From NCBI GenBank assembly GCA_021813505.1, contig JAKAKI010000081.1, positions 65,409-129,408 on the forward strand: a stretch of 64,000 bases of DNA, read 5' to 3'. This document shows, one piece after another, positions 9,010-19,244 of this stretch (position 1 is its first letter; each line of letters begins with the position of its first letter). The translations under genes were made by a program, and so were the position numbers. This DNA comes from a bacterium. Its GTDB lineage: Bacteria; Zixibacteria; MSB-5A5; WJJR01. The notes beneath the pieces were generated by a model. The model saw only the letters and a program-made list of their open reading frames with translations. It made no database searches and was not told the DNA's origin.

Positions 9010-9914
9010 TTGGACGGAGATTCTTGATCAGTGAAGGCACGATTGCGCCAGTACGACAGGGCGCGACGTTGGAGCAATCGATCCTGACATACCAGGACCA
9101 GATTGCACCCGGCTTCGATCGAGGCGCGAACGGCGTCTTCGATGGGATACTGTTTCGAGATTGCCCCCATTGCAAGATCATCTGTGAGGATTAGGCCGCC
9201 GAATCCCAGGCGCTCGCGCAGCAAAACAGTTGTGATCAGAGGCGACGTGCAGGCCGGGCGGGTGGCATCGAAGCCGAGCATGCGCTGGTGGCCGACCATG
9301 ACCATCTGAACACCGGCGAGGATGGCTGCCCGGAATGGCGGCGCGTCAATCCGGTCCCACTCGGACAGCGGCGTCGGATCGACGGCGACACCGTGGTGAG
9401 GGTCGGCTTTGACGGCCCGTGTGCCGGGGAAATGCTTGGCGCAAGCGGCAACTCCGGCCGACTGGACGGCAGGGATAACTGTACGGGCCATTGCGACCAC
9501 TTGAGTAGGGTCGTCGGAGAATGTCCTGTCGTGCAGCCACTCGGAATCTGTGGCACCGACGTCCACAACCGGCGCGAGCAAAGTATCAATACCAAGGTCC
9601 ACCAGCCGCCGAGCCACGCGCGCATAGGCGGCCGCTACGGCTTGCGGGGGGCCCGCTTGATACGACCGGAGAGCGGGCATCGACGCGGGACCATCAGGCA
9701 GCCGGCGAACCCGCCCACCCTCTTCGTCGATCATGATTCTGATGGGGGCGGGTGATGCCGAACGGAGTTGACCCACTGCTTCGCGAAGCTGCTGATCGGA
9801 GCGGGCATTCTTCTGGAACAGGACAACACCTCCGACCAGGCCCTCTTTCAGCCATTCGAGAAGTTCGGCATCGGGCCCAAGGCCGTCATATGAGAGGACG
9901 AGTGGCGATGTCAT
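9006..9914 (-). CDS. nagZ: Beta-N-acetylhexosaminidase (GH3)
   Basis: GGVVLF, IDEEGGRVRR, APVVD, KHFPG...DPH, LTDDLAMGA; start placed at ATG 9914 (uncertain). Confidence 0.88.
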   Translation of the reverse strand: MTSPLVLSYDGLGPDAELLEWLKEGLVGGVVLFQKNARSDQQLREAVGQLRSASPAPIRIMIDEEGGRVRRLPDGPASMPALRSYQAGPPQAVAAAYARVARRLVDLGIDTLLAPVVDVGATDSEWLHDRTFSDDPTQVVAMARTVIPAVQSAGVAACAKHFPGTRAVKADPHHGVAVDPTPLSEWDRIDAPPFRAAILAGVQMVMVGHQRMLGFDATRPACTSPLITTVLLRERLGFGGLILTDDLAMGAISKQYPIEDAVRASIEAGCNLVLVCQDRLLQRRALSYWRNRAFTDQESPSK

Positions 9915-10019
9915 GATACGGGCCGCGGCCTTCGCAATCGAAGGTCGGCGGCACATGTTAGAGTGAATCTGCGGGTGGCGCAATGGTGGTTTTTGCGTGG
10001 CCCCGGCAACTCGCGAAGT

Positions 10020-11585
10020 TCACACAGTGCAGACGGTGTTGCGGCCCTCGCCCTTTGCAAGGTAGAGGGCTTTGTCGACCGTTTCGACCAAATCCTCGTA
10101 GGAGCGGCCGTTTTCCGGGAAGCTGGTGATGCCGATTGACACGGTCATTTTGAGGGGACGCCCCCGCTGGTCGGGGCCGAAATCGGTCTGCTCGACGCGG
10201 CGGCGGATGCGTTCGCCGATGGTAATGGCTTCCGCGTAACTGGTCTGCGGCAGGATGACGATGAATTCCTCGCCGCCATAGCGGGCGAGGATGTCAACGT
10301 CGCGAATGCATGAAGCGACCACCTGGGCCAGTCCCCGCAAGGCGACGTTGCCGGTTTCGTGGCCGCATTGGTCATTGAGATGTTTGAACCAATCGATATC
10401 GACCATGATCAGCGCGAGGGACTGCGTGTAGCGCATAGCACGCCGTTTTTCGTCCTCAAGACGTCCCCGGAAATAGCGGTAGTTGTACACGCCAGTGAGT
10501 TCGTCGATGATGGTCAGCTTTTCCATCCGCTGATGCAAATCGGCATTGACCAGGGCCATGGCGGCGGATGTCGCCAGCACCGACATGACGCGTTCGTCAC
10601 GCTCGCTGAAGGCATTGACCTTGGGTGACTCGGCGCTGAGCACGCCGACAACCTGTCCCTGGGAAACCATCGGCACCATCAGGCAGGATTGATAAACGTG
10701 GTGGTCGGTGCCCCAGTGTTCCAGATGGCGGTCGACAATCCGGCGGGGCTCACCGGTTTCGATGACCTCCCGCATGGGATCGAGCAGCGGGGCAAGCTGG
10801 GGACGTTCGAAGCGCACGGTGCGCTCGAGATCGACGCGCCCCTTGAGCCAGAGGGCTTTGGGAACCGGATCCCAGGTGTAGACTTCACAGACCGGGTAAT
10901 TCAGCACTGATCGCGCGATCAGGAGCACGCGATCGATGACGTCGTCTTCGGCCAGCAGTTCGGCCAGCGAGTGTGATGCCTTGTAGATCGTCTCGAGGAG
11001 ATTGTGGGTGCTCTCGAGTTCCGAGGTGCGTTCGTTCAGTTTGTCAAGGGCGTTGAGCAGGCGGTCCTCGGAACGCCGGATATGGGCCGCGGAGTACCCC
11101 ATTGCCGCGGTGAACAATGCCAGCATGACCGCACGGAACAGAAGTGACGGGACAGCACTGACACCGGCTTCGGGGAGACAAAGGAACAGATAACCCGTGG
11201 TCACCACGGTGGCGAGAAACATGCCCACTCGCAGGCCCCGGTAGTACCCGACGAAGGGGATGAGCGCGAAGTAGAGCAGATAATGATTGCTTGACGCTCC
11301 GCCATCGAGGTGGATGGAAAACGCGATGGTAATCAGGTCAAGGCTGGCGATCAGCCAGAATGACGATTCGAAGTGAATCTTGAGGCGCCGTACCAGCGAA
11401 AACGCCACCGCCATCAGGAGCAGGCAGACGAGGGCGATAGTAATCCCCCCGCGTACCGCTCTGATTTCCGACCACGACGTAGCCACCCAGAGGGCGAATC
11501 CGGACAGAATAAGGCCGTGCACTGCCCAGAAGATGGAATCCACCCCGGGCGCCAGAGACTTATGCGACGACAGCTTCCAGCGCAT
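10020..11585 (-). CDS. Membrane-bound GAF-GGDEF diguanylate cyclase
   Basis: About 6 N-terminal TM helices, a GAF domain, DELTGVYN, DIDWFK, I-site RDVD, active site RYGGEEF. Confidence 0.93.
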   Translation of the reverse strand: MRWKLSSHKSLAPGVDSIFWAVHGLILSGFALWVATSWSEIRAVRGGITIALVCLLLMAVAFSLVRRLKIHFESSFWLIASLDLITIAFSIHLDGGASSNHYLLYFALIPFVGYYRGLRVGMFLATVVTTGYLFLCLPEAGVSAVPSLLFRAVMLALFTAAMGYSAAHIRRSEDRLLNALDKLNERTSELESTHNLLETIYKASHSLAELLAEDDVIDRVLLIARSVLNYPVCEVYTWDPVPKALWLKGRVDLERTVRFERPQLAPLLDPMREVIETGEPRRIVDRHLEHWGTDHHVYQSCLMVPMVSQGQVVGVLSAESPKVNAFSERDERVMSVLATSAAMALVNADLHQRMEKLTIIDELTGVYNYRYFRGRLEDEKRRAMRYTQSLALIMVDIDWFKHLNDQCGHETGNVALRGLAQVVASCIRDVDILARYGGEEFIVILPQTSYAEAITIGERIRRRVEQTDFGPDQRGRPLKMTVSIGITSFPENGRSYEDLVETVDKALYLAKGEGRNTVCTV

Positions 11586-11864
11586 GCTTACAGCAGGGCA
11601 TCCGCACCATCATGGTGCAGTTGTCCTAAATCCTTGTATCGGCTGGGGATATGCAACTCTCCAGCGGGATTGCGGGAAGAGGACAAGAATCGGGAACGAG
11701 CCGATCTGGCGACCGGGACCGAGGTGATGCAGGCGACGTCGGGAATTTAGTTGCATTTACCTTGCGACACCCTAACCTGCCAAAGGGGGAACAATCCCCC
11801 TATGACCCACGTACCCCGGACTGTGTTCAAGTTCGGCGGTCTGACATGGGAAGGAGCTCGATCC

Positions 11865-13034
11865 ATGAGGAAATCCGACTGGCTCGCTTCAATCCGACAA
11901 ATCAGAACCCCTGGGGGTTGGGCCGTATTAGCGGGTTTGGCCCTGCTGCTGTTGGCGTTCGGGACGGCATGGGGCACCCAGTTTAAGGGGGGCGAAGCGG
12001 TCCATGTCCGGGAGGGTGAGATCCTCGACGATTTCTTTGCAGCGGCGAGCGATGTGGACTTTGATGCCCATCTGGTGGGCGATCTGTTTGCCGGCGGAGC
12101 GGCCGTTACGGTGGGCGATTCAGCCCTCATCGAGAATTCTGTGATGGCGGCGGCGCGCCGGGTCGATGTCGGTGGGCATGTTCTCAACTCGGTGCGTGTG
12201 TGCGGGCAGGATATTTTCATCCGCGGCCATGTGGAGCGAAACGTGATGGCGTTCGGCCAGTCGGTCACAATCGATGACCGTGGCTGGATCGAGAAGGATC
12301 TCTACCTGGGCTCGGCGGAGGCCATGATCCGGGGCCGCATCGGCGGCGACGTCGGAGGGGGTTGCGGCAAGGTCGTAATTGCGGGGCAGATCGACGGCAA
12401 TGTGACGATCGATGCCGATCAGGTGACGGTGATGCAGTCGGCGATCATTGGCGGAAAGCTGAAATACCGTTCCGGGCATGAGGCCAAGATCGAGGAGGGC
12501 GCCCAATTGCTGGGTGGCGTGGAGAAGATGGCGCCACGCGCTTCCAAGAGCTCCTCGTACGGACTGGGAAGCTTCTTCTGGGATACTTGGTGGTTCCTGG
12601 CGGCGTTCGTCGCCGGACTGGTTTTGTATGCGCTGTTCAAGCCGTTCTTCACGGGCGTCAAGCAGTCGATTCTCCTGGCATCCTGGAGAAGTTTGGGGCT
12701 GGGATTCCTCTTCTTGGTCTGCGTGCCGGTTGCGGCTTTCATTGTCGCCATCACGCTGGTGGGATTCTGGCTGGCGGGTCTGACGATGTTGGGGTGGGCG
12801 ATCCTGTTGATTCTCTCGAAGGTCTTTGTCGGCCTCGCCATGGGAGACTGGCTACTGAGCCGGATGAGGGGCGGTCGCGGAGTTCCGGCGGGAGTCGCCA
12901 TGTTCGTGGGAATGGTGATTCTCACTTTTGTAACGAAGATTCCCTATTTTGGGACGCTGGCTCATGTGATGGTCTTTTCGCTCGCCTTGGGCGCGTTCAT
13001 GATCACTGCGTACAAATACCGGACGCAGGCGTAG
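11865..13034 (+). CDS. Bactofilin-like beta-helix repeat membrane protein
   Basis: RBS AAGGAG; signal peptide; repeated (I/V)-x-G-x-(I/V)-x-G-(D/N)-V units followed by about 5 TM helices. Confidence 0.7.
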   Translation: MRKSDWLASIRQIRTPGGWAVLAGLALLLLAFGTAWGTQFKGGEAVHVREGEILDDFFAAASDVDFDAHLVGDLFAGGAAVTVGDSALIENSVMAAARRVDVGGHVLNSVRVCGQDIFIRGHVERNVMAFGQSVTIDDRGWIEKDLYLGSAEAMIRGRIGGDVGGGCGKVVIAGQIDGNVTIDADQVTVMQSAIIGGKLKYRSGHEAKIEEGAQLLGGVEKMAPRASKSSSYGLGSFFWDTWWFLAAFVAGLVLYALFKPFFTGVKQSILLASWRSLGLGFLFLVCVPVAAFIVAITLVGFWLAGLTMLGWAILLILSKVFVGLAMGDWLLSRMRGGRGVPAGVAMFVGMVILTFVTKIPYFGTLAHVMVFSLALGAFMITAYKYRTQA

Positions 13035-13083
13035 GGCGGGGGCATCGAATGGTGTCAATGTCCTCATTCTCCTCAACGAATCT

Positions 13084-13322
13084 GTAGGCGTATTGCATGT
13101 GCCCTTGTTTGGGATTCCTCCCGAGTGGGAGAGGGCGTATGCAATACACCCCTACGCGGCTTGGGCGATTTCCTCCAGTGCAGATGTGGGGTGAGCCCAG
13201 TCTTGCCTCCCGCTAAGAGATTCGATGGTTCGCGTCGAACCCAGGCGAGGGCGAGGGCGCCACATCTCTGGCAAAAACTCACCTGCTGAGCGCAAGAGGC
13301 ATGGGCAGGATGCCCATGCTAC
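13084..13322. repeat. Mosaic of REP-like palindromes between convergent genes
   Basis: Inverted pair GTAGGCGTATTGCATGTGCCCT (13084-13105) / AGGGCGTATGCAATACACCCCTAC (13132-13155); GATGTGG..CCACATC arms; CATGGGCAGGATGCCCATGCTAC (13300-13322). Confidence 0.7.
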
Positions 13323-13341
13323 CAGCATTGGACTGCGGAAA

Positions 13342-16300
13342 TCAGCCCGTTACCGCGCCGTGGCATTTCTTGTATTTCTTGCCGGAGCCGCACGGACAGG
13401 GATCGTTGCGGCCGACTTTGGTGTCGACGCGGCGGACGGGTTGTTTCTTGCCCGCGGTGCGCGCTTCCTCGTCGTTGCCGCTGTAGCCCATTGATGACGC
13501 TTCGGCGTGGATCGCCTCCATGCGGCGGATGGGGACGGCCTCCGGCATCGGGGGGGGCTGGGAAATCTGGAGGCGGTAGATCATCTCGACAGTCTCGGTA
13601 TCGATGGTGTCCATCAATTGCGAGAACATCGCATACGCTTCCTTCTTGTATTCGATCAAGGGATCGCGCTGGCCATAGGCCCGCAGGCCGATGCCGGTCT
13701 TGAGCTGGTCCATTTCGTAGAGATGCTCTTTCCAGCGCTCGTCGATAACGCGCAGCATGGCAAACCGTTCGAGCTGGCGCATCAATTCGGGGGTCAAGGC
13801 GAGTTCTTTATTCGCATGAACCGCCAGGGCCCGGGATTTGACCTTCTCAATCAGACCTGCCTGATTGAGTTCTTTGACTTCCGGTGAGTCAAATGGGATA
13901 TCGACCATCATGTTCTTGATCAGCTCAAGACGCAATGCGGTTGTGTCCCAGGCGTCGGGCGCTGAGTCGGCTGGACAGTATTGATTGACCAGCCGCTCGG
14001 CGACTGCTTCAATCAGTCCGATGGCTTCTTCACGCAGATCATCCTGTTCCAGGCACATGGCGCGGCGATTATAGATCACCTCGCGTTGCTGGTTCATGAC
14101 GTTGTCGTATTCCAGCAGGTGTTTGCGAATGCCGAAGTTCTGACCCTCGACGCGTTTTTGCGCACGCTCGATGGCGCTGGTGACCATCGAGTGCTCGATG
14201 ACTTCGCCTTCCTGCAGACCGAGGCGGTCCATGATCCCGGCGATGCGTTCGGAGCCGAAGAGGCGCATGAGATCGTCTTCGAGTGACAGGTAGAACCGTG
14301 AGGAACCTGGGTCGCCCTGGCGGCCGGCGCGGCCACGCAACTGGCGGTCGATGCGCCGCGCTTCGTGGCGCTCGGTGCCGATGATGTGCAGCCCACAGGG
14401 GACGGCGTCGGGGCACTTCAAATCGTCAATCAGCGGGCAGGCTTCATCGACCTTCTCCGTCTTGAGGACGAGGGCGCAGTTGTGATGTTTGACCACACTG
14501 CCGCCCAGCTTGATGTCGGTGCCGCGTCCCGCCATGTTGGTCGCGATCGTCACGTGTCCGGGTTCGCCGGCGCGCGCTACAATCTCGGCCTCCTGCTGGT
14601 GATACTTGGCATTGAGGACGGCGTGGGGGATGCCGACGCGTTTCAGCATGCGCGAGAGTGTTTCGGACGCTTCGACTGAGACGGTTCCCACCAGCACCGG
14701 ACGGCCGGCGTTGTGCTGCGCGGCGATCTCCTCGATGATGGCGTTGTACTTCTCACGGCGGGTGCGGTAGATGACGTCCTCATAGTCGATGCGGCGCACC
14801 GGTTCATTGGTCGGAATCGCGGTGACGTCGAGCTTGTAGATTTCGTAAAACTCGCCGGCTTCGGTGACCGCGGTGCCGGTCATGCCTGCGAGTTTCTTAT
14901 AGAGCCGGAAGTAGTTTTGCAGGGTGATCGTGGCAAGCGTCTGGGTTTCGGCTTCTATTGTGACTTTCTCTTTGGCTTCGATGGCTTGATGCAGGCCCTC
15001 GGAGTAGCGCCGTCCAGGCATCAGGCGGCCGGTGAACTCATCGACGATGACGACTTTGCCGTCCTGCACGACATACTCGACGTCCTTCTCATAGAGCGAG
15101 TACGCCTTGAGTAATTGCGAGACGATGTGGACTTTCTCGGATCGCTCAGCGTGGACGTTGAAGAGATCGTTTTTGGCTTTGGCCTTTTGGATGTCGTCGA
15201 GGTCCTCGCGCTCATCGATTTCGGCGACACCGGTGCCGATATCAGGAATCTCAAACAATGCCTGCTCGTCGGGACGAAGGGAATTGAGTCCATTGTCGGT
15301 CAGGTCGATTGTATTGTCGCGCTCATCGATGGCAAAGAGCAGATGCTCGTCGATTTCCGGCAGGCGCTTGTCGCGCATGAAGTCGGCCTCGACGCGCTGG
15401 ATGGCGCGTTTAACACCGGCTTCCTTCATGAATTTCATGAAGCGGTTGTTCTTGGGAGCGCCGCGTTTGACCGCGAGAAGCTTGACGGCGGCTTCGTACT
15501 CCTCCCCTGCTTCAAAGAGCTTCTCGCCTTCTTCGACGAGGCGGCCGGTGATTTCGGCCTGCTTGCGATTGAGCCGTTCGACCATCTCCCGCATGTCGGA
15601 GAAACGCGACATATCGGTTCGGCCGGTGGGGCCGGCGATGATGAGCGGGGTACGGGCCTCATCGATCAGGACAGAGTCAACTTCGTCGACGATGGCGAAA
15701 TGGAAGCCGCGCTGGACGCGGTCTTCAACACGGACCGCCATGTTGTCGCGCAGGTAATCGAAGCCGAATTCGTTGTTGGTTCCATAGGTAATGTCGCGAT
15801 TGTACATATCGCGGCGCGTGGGCGGGTCCATGTCGTGCTGGATGCAGCCGACCGTCAATCCGAGAAACTGGTAGATCTGGCCCATCCACTCGGAATCGCG
15901 GCGCGCGAGGTAGTCGTTGACCGTGACCAGGTGAACGCCTTTGCCCTCGAGGGCGTTCAAGTAAACCGGCATCGTGGCCACAAGGGTCTTGCCTTCACCG
16001 GTGGCCATCTCGGCGATCTTGCCTTCGTGCAGGACAACACCACCCACGACCTGAACATCATAGGGGATCATGTCCCATGTGTACTTGATGCCCACGATAT
16101 CGAATGTCCGGTCCTTCAGCCGGCGGCAGGCGTCCTTGACGGCGGCGAACGCTTCGGGCAGGAGATCATCGACCGTTTCGCCTTCGGCCAGGCGGCGCTT
16201 GAATTCCTCGGTCTTGGCACGCAACTGTTCGTCGGTCAGCCCCTGATACTCCTCATAGAATTGATTGACCAACTCGACGAGAGGCTGAATCCGCTTCACA

Positions 16301-16356
16301 TCGCGGTCGTGTTTGGAGCCGAAGATCTTGGTCAGGACGGATTCAATGAATGACAT
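13342..16356 (-). CDS. secA: Preprotein translocase subunit SecA
   Basis: [57 protein letters not shown]-terminal [22 protein letters not shown]. Confidence 0.99.
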   Translation of the reverse strand: MSFIESVLTKIFGSKHDRDVKRIQPLVELVNQFYEEYQGLTDEQLRAKTEEFKRRLAEGETVDDLLPEAFAAVKDACRRLKDRTFDIVGIKYTWDMIPYDVQVVGGVVLHEGKIAEMATGEGKTLVATMPVYLNALEGKGVHLVTVNDYLARRDSEWMGQIYQFLGLTVGCIQHDMDPPTRRDMYNRDITYGTNNEFGFDYLRDNMAVRVEDRVQRGFHFAIVDEVDSVLIDEARTPLIIAGPTGRTDMSRFSDMREMVERLNRKQAEITGRLVEEGEKLFEAGEEYEAAVKLLAVKRGAPKNNRFMKFMKEAGVKRAIQRVEADFMRDKRLPEIDEHLLFAIDERDNTIDLTDNGLNSLRPDEQALFEIPDIGTGVAEIDEREDLDDIQKAKAKNDLFNVHAERSEKVHIVSQLLKAYSLYEKDVEYVVQDGKVVIVDEFTGRLMPGRRYSEGLHQAIEAKEKVTIEAETQTLATITLQNYFRLYKKLAGMTGTAVTEAGEFYEIYKLDVTAIPTNEPVRRIDYEDVIYRTRREKYNAIIEEIAAQHNAGRPVLVGTVSVEASETLSRMLKRVGIPHAVLNAKYHQQEAEIVARAGEPGHVTIATNMAGRGTDIKLGGSVVKHHNCALVLKTEKVDEACPLIDDLKCPDAVPCGLHIIGTERHEARRIDRQLRGRAGRQGDPGSSRFYLSLEDDLMRLFGSERIAGIMDRLGLQEGEVIEHSMVTSAIERAQKRVEGQNFGIRKHLLEYDNVMNQQREVIYNRRAMCLEQDDLREEAIGLIEAVAERLVNQYCPADSAPDAWDTTALRLELIKNMMVDIPFDSPEVKELNQAGLIEKVKSRALAVHANKELALTPELMRQLERFAMLRVIDERWKEHLYEMDQLKTGIGLRAYGQRDPLIEYKKEAYAMFSQLMDTIDTETVEMIYRLQISQPPPMPEAVPIRRMEAIHAEASSMGYSGNDEEARTAGKKQPVRRVDTKVGRNDPCPCGSGKKYKKCHGAVTG

Positions 16357-16377
16357 GGGGTTTCGCTCTCAGAGAGT

Positions 16378-16461
16378 GGTGGGCAAAGCTGGTGGGCAAA
16401 GCCCACCCTACCAACTTGGTGGGCACAGCCCACCCTGCTTGGTGGGCTGAGCCCACCCTAC
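16378..16461. repeat. Head-to-tail array of GTAG-type REP units
   Basis: GGTGGGCNNAGCCCACCCTAC-type units at 16391, 16418, 16441 plus a truncated copy at 16378. Confidence 0.8.
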
Positions 16462-16462
16462 A

Positions 16463-17062
16463 TCAGAACTCCGTTCGGCCTTCCAGGGCGCGGATGACGG
16501 TGTTGGCGTCGGCGTATTCGACGTCGCCGCCCATGGGCAGGCCGCGGGCGATACGCGAGACAGTGACTCCCAGCGGCTTCAAGACCTTGGCGAGATAAAG
16601 CGCCGTGGTCTCTCCCTCGGGCGTCGGATTGGTGGCGACGATGATTTCCGTGACGCCATCGTTCTTCACGCGCGCGACCAGATCGGCGATCTTCAATTCG
16701 TCTGGGCCGATTCCGTCCAGTGGAGAGAAGACACCGCCGAGCACGTGATATATGCCACGGAATGACCCGGCGCGTTCGAAGGCAATAACATCGTGCGGTT
16801 CCTCGACGACACAAATCAGCGAATGGTCGCGGTCGGATGCCTTGCAGATCGGGCACGGATCGTCATCGGTGACATTGAAGCAGCACGAACAGAACTGGAT
16901 CTTCTCTTTGACGGCAATGATGGCATCCACCAGGGCGCGGGCGTTGTCCGCCGGTGCCTGCATGACGTGGTAGGCCAGACGGTACGCGGTCTTCTTGCCG
17001 ACTCCGGGGAGGCGGGCAAACTGATCGATGAGGCGTTCCAAAGTTGCTGATGTGTTGGCCAT
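16463..17062 (-). CDS. recR: Recombination mediator RecR
   Basis: LPGVGKKTA HhH motif, CSCC...CPIC zinc finger, TOPRIM ATNPTPEGE, GLPMGGDVEYAD. Confidence 0.98.
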   Translation of the reverse strand: MANTSATLERLIDQFARLPGVGKKTAYRLAYHVMQAPADNARALVDAIIAVKEKIQFCSCCFNVTDDDPCPICKASDRDHSLICVVEEPHDVIAFERAGSFRGIYHVLGGVFSPLDGIGPDELKIADLVARVKNDGVTEIIVATNPTPEGETTALYLAKVLKPLGVTVSRIARGLPMGGDVEYADANTVIRALEGRTEF

Positions 17063-17089
17063 GGTATCGCGTTACCTCATCCCGGCCGT

Positions 17090-17404
17090 TCAGAATCCCA
17101 TGCCGGGCATGGGGAGCCCGCCGGTGAGCTTGGCCATGCCCTGTGACTGCAGTTCCATGGCGTGTTGTTGCGCTTGATTGATGGCGGCGCAGATCAGTTC
17201 TTCGAGCATTTCGACGTCGTCCGGCTTGACGACTTCGGGATCGATTTTGAGTTCCAGAATCTCGCGTTTGCCGTTGAGCACGGCGCGGACCATACCGCCG
17301 CCCGAGGTTCCTTCGACGCGTTCGTTTTCGAGATTGGCCTGCAACTTCTCCATCTCGGCCTGCATCTTCTGCACCTGTTTGAACAACTGGTCGATGTTTT
17401 TCAT
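17090..17404 (-). CDS. ybaB: YbaB/EbfC nucleoid-associated protein
   Basis: QKMQ, GTSGGGMV, DVEMLEELI.AAIN.A; conserved dnaX-ybaB-recR synteny. Confidence 0.95.
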   Translation of the reverse strand: MKNIDQLFKQVQKMQAEMEKLQANLENERVEGTSGGGMVRAVLNGKREILELKIDPEVVKPDDVEMLEELICAAINQAQQHAMELQSQGMAKLTGGLPMPGMGF

Positions 17405-17431
17405 GGTCGCCTGTCCTTGTATGCTGAGTGC

Positions 17432-19180
17432 TCAGCCAACGATTTCACCGTCGAAACGGCGCAAGATCTCCTGCAGACTATGATCCGACCGCACCGAATC
17501 GTCGGAGCTGGCCGGTGCGGGTGCACGCGTGCCAGCGACCGGCAGATTGGGGCGGGCGGTTTTCGCATCTTTCACATGAATTGCTACGCGGATTCCGGCC
17601 CCGAGTACGCGTGTCATCTCGGCATTGATCAGGTCGCGGATGGGTTTCTGCTTCAATTGTTGCTGATGAAACGGTGACCCATTGTAGACATTGAGATCGG
17701 CCGCGCCGGGGCCGGTACGAATCAACTGCGCCTGTCCCAATATGGCGCGCATCGTGGGCCGCGTCCGGCAGATGGCCTCCAGGATTGGTTCGAAGTCCAA
17801 AGCCGTGCCGGGGGCGACAACTGGCGCTAGCGGTTCAAGCGTTGCGACAGTGGGCTGAGAATCGGGAGTCGTACTTGACTCGACTTGACTATCGGGGTTG
17901 GCGCGGCTCACCGGCGGCGGATAGGCGGGTTCACCTCGCGGGCCGGCCGGCCTTGGTGGCGCAACTTGAGGGCGCTCAAAAAGCGTGTCGGAACTGGCTG
18001 GTCTGGGCGTGGCATCGGGACGTGGCGCCTGGGCGCCCCCTCCCCCGCCACGGCGCTCGAGGCTATCAATGACGGTGCGAATATCGATCGAGCGGTCCAT
18101 GCGTGCACAACGCATCATCAGCAGTTCGACTTCCAGCCGGGGCTGGGCCGCTTTCTTGTAGCGATTTTCCTGGTCGATGGTCATCCGCAGCAGGCGGAGC
18201 AAGTCATTTTCCTCGAGCGCGGGGGCCGAAGCGGTATAGCGGGCGATCGTATCGGTGTTCAGCGACTCGTCGGTGAACTTCGATCCCAGGGAACGGGCGA
18301 AGAGCATCCGTTTGAGGTGCTCGGCCAATTGCTTGAGCAATTGATGGAAATCGCGTCCGGCTCTTGAGACCTCGGCGAGAACATCGAGTGCTCTGGCAGG
18401 ATCGTGTGCCGCGAATGCATCGGTGATATCGAAAAGGACGGAAATATCGACCAAGCCAAGCGCTTCACGCGCCAGATCGGCGGTGAGCCTGCCACCGGCA
18501 TAGCCCACGAGCTGGTCGAGCAGCGACTGGGCATCGCGAAGCGATCCGGCAGCCTCGGTGGCGACAACGTCGAGGGCGCCGCTGTCGATGTTGATCGATT
18601 CGGCACCAGCTATCCGTTCCAGCGTTTGCCGGAGCCCTTGATGCGAAACGAGATGGAAGTCGAAACGCAGCGTGCGCGAACGAACTGTCGCGGGGACATC
18701 GTTGGGTTCGGTCGTGGCCATCATGAAGATGACCGACGGCGGCGGCTCTTCCAGTGTCTTTAACAGGGCGTCGAAGGCACTACCGGAGAGGCGATGCACT
18801 TCATCGATGATGTATATCTTGTAGCGCGCCGCCACCGGGACATAGCGCGCCGACTCGCGCAGGTCCCGAATGTTGTCAACCCCCGTATTGGAGGCGGCGT
18901 CGATTTCCAGCACATCCAGGCAGGAGCCGTTGGTGATCCCCATACAGGTCGGACACGTGTTGCAGGGCGTAACCGCCGGGCCTTTATCGCAATTGAGCGC
19001 TTTGGCCAGAATCCGCGCTGTGGTGGTCTTTCCGGTACCGCGTGGCCCACAGAGGAGGTAGGCATGATGGATACGGCCGGCAGCGATGGCGTTTTGCAGG
19101 GTCTGGGTGACCTGTGGCTGCTCGACGACATCCTCGAAGGTCTGCGGGCGCCATTTTCGGGCTAGGGCTTCGTAGGTCAT
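17432..19180 (-). CDS. dnaX: DNA polymerase III subunit gamma/tau
   Basis: LARKWRPQTF, GPRGTGKTT, EIDAAS, IIDEVH, LLKTLEEPP; start at ATG 19180 (MTYEAL). Confidence 0.97.
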   Translation of the reverse strand: MTYEALARKWRPQTFEDVVEQPQVTQTLQNAIAAGRIHHAYLLCGPRGTGKTTTARILAKALNCDKGPAVTPCNTCPTCMGITNGSCLDVLEIDAASNTGVDNIRDLRESARYVPVAARYKIYIIDEVHRLSGSAFDALLKTLEEPPPSVIFMMATTEPNDVPATVRSRTLRFDFHLVSHQGLRQTLERIAGAESINIDSGALDVVATEAAGSLRDAQSLLDQLVGYAGGRLTADLAREALGLVDISVLFDITDAFAAHDPARALDVLAEVSRAGRDFHQLLKQLAEHLKRMLFARSLGSKFTDESLNTDTIARYTASAPALEENDLLRLLRMTIDQENRYKKAAQPRLEVELLMMRCARMDRSIDIRTVIDSLERRGGGGGAQAPRPDATPRPASSDTLFERPQVAPPRPAGPRGEPAYPPPVSRANPDSQVESSTTPDSQPTVATLEPLAPVVAPGTALDFEPILEAICRTRPTMRAILGQAQLIRTGPGAADLNVYNGSPFHQQQLKQKPIRDLINAEMTRVLGAGIRVAIHVKDAKTARPNLPVAGTRAPAPASSDDSVRSDHSLQEILRRFDGEIVG

Positions 19181-19194
19181 GGGGTGCGCGCTAG

Positions 19195-19230
19195 GTAGAC
19201 GAAATGGACTAAGTGGACCCAATGGACGAA
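19195..19230. repeat. 9-nt periodic array (RTGGACNNN)
   Basis: gtagacgaa atggactaa gtggaccca atggacgaa. Confidence 0.65.
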
Positions 19231-19244
19231 TAGATCAACAAAAA

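Noticed and set aside
16378-16461. Possible CRISPR array
   Set aside because: Gaps of only 0-6 nt between repeats, a GTAG-REP signature and no cas genes in the window
17432-19180. Programmed frameshift in dnaX (gamma/tau)
   Set aside because: No A-AAA-AAG or long homopolymer slippery site seen; only a 5-T run near 17978
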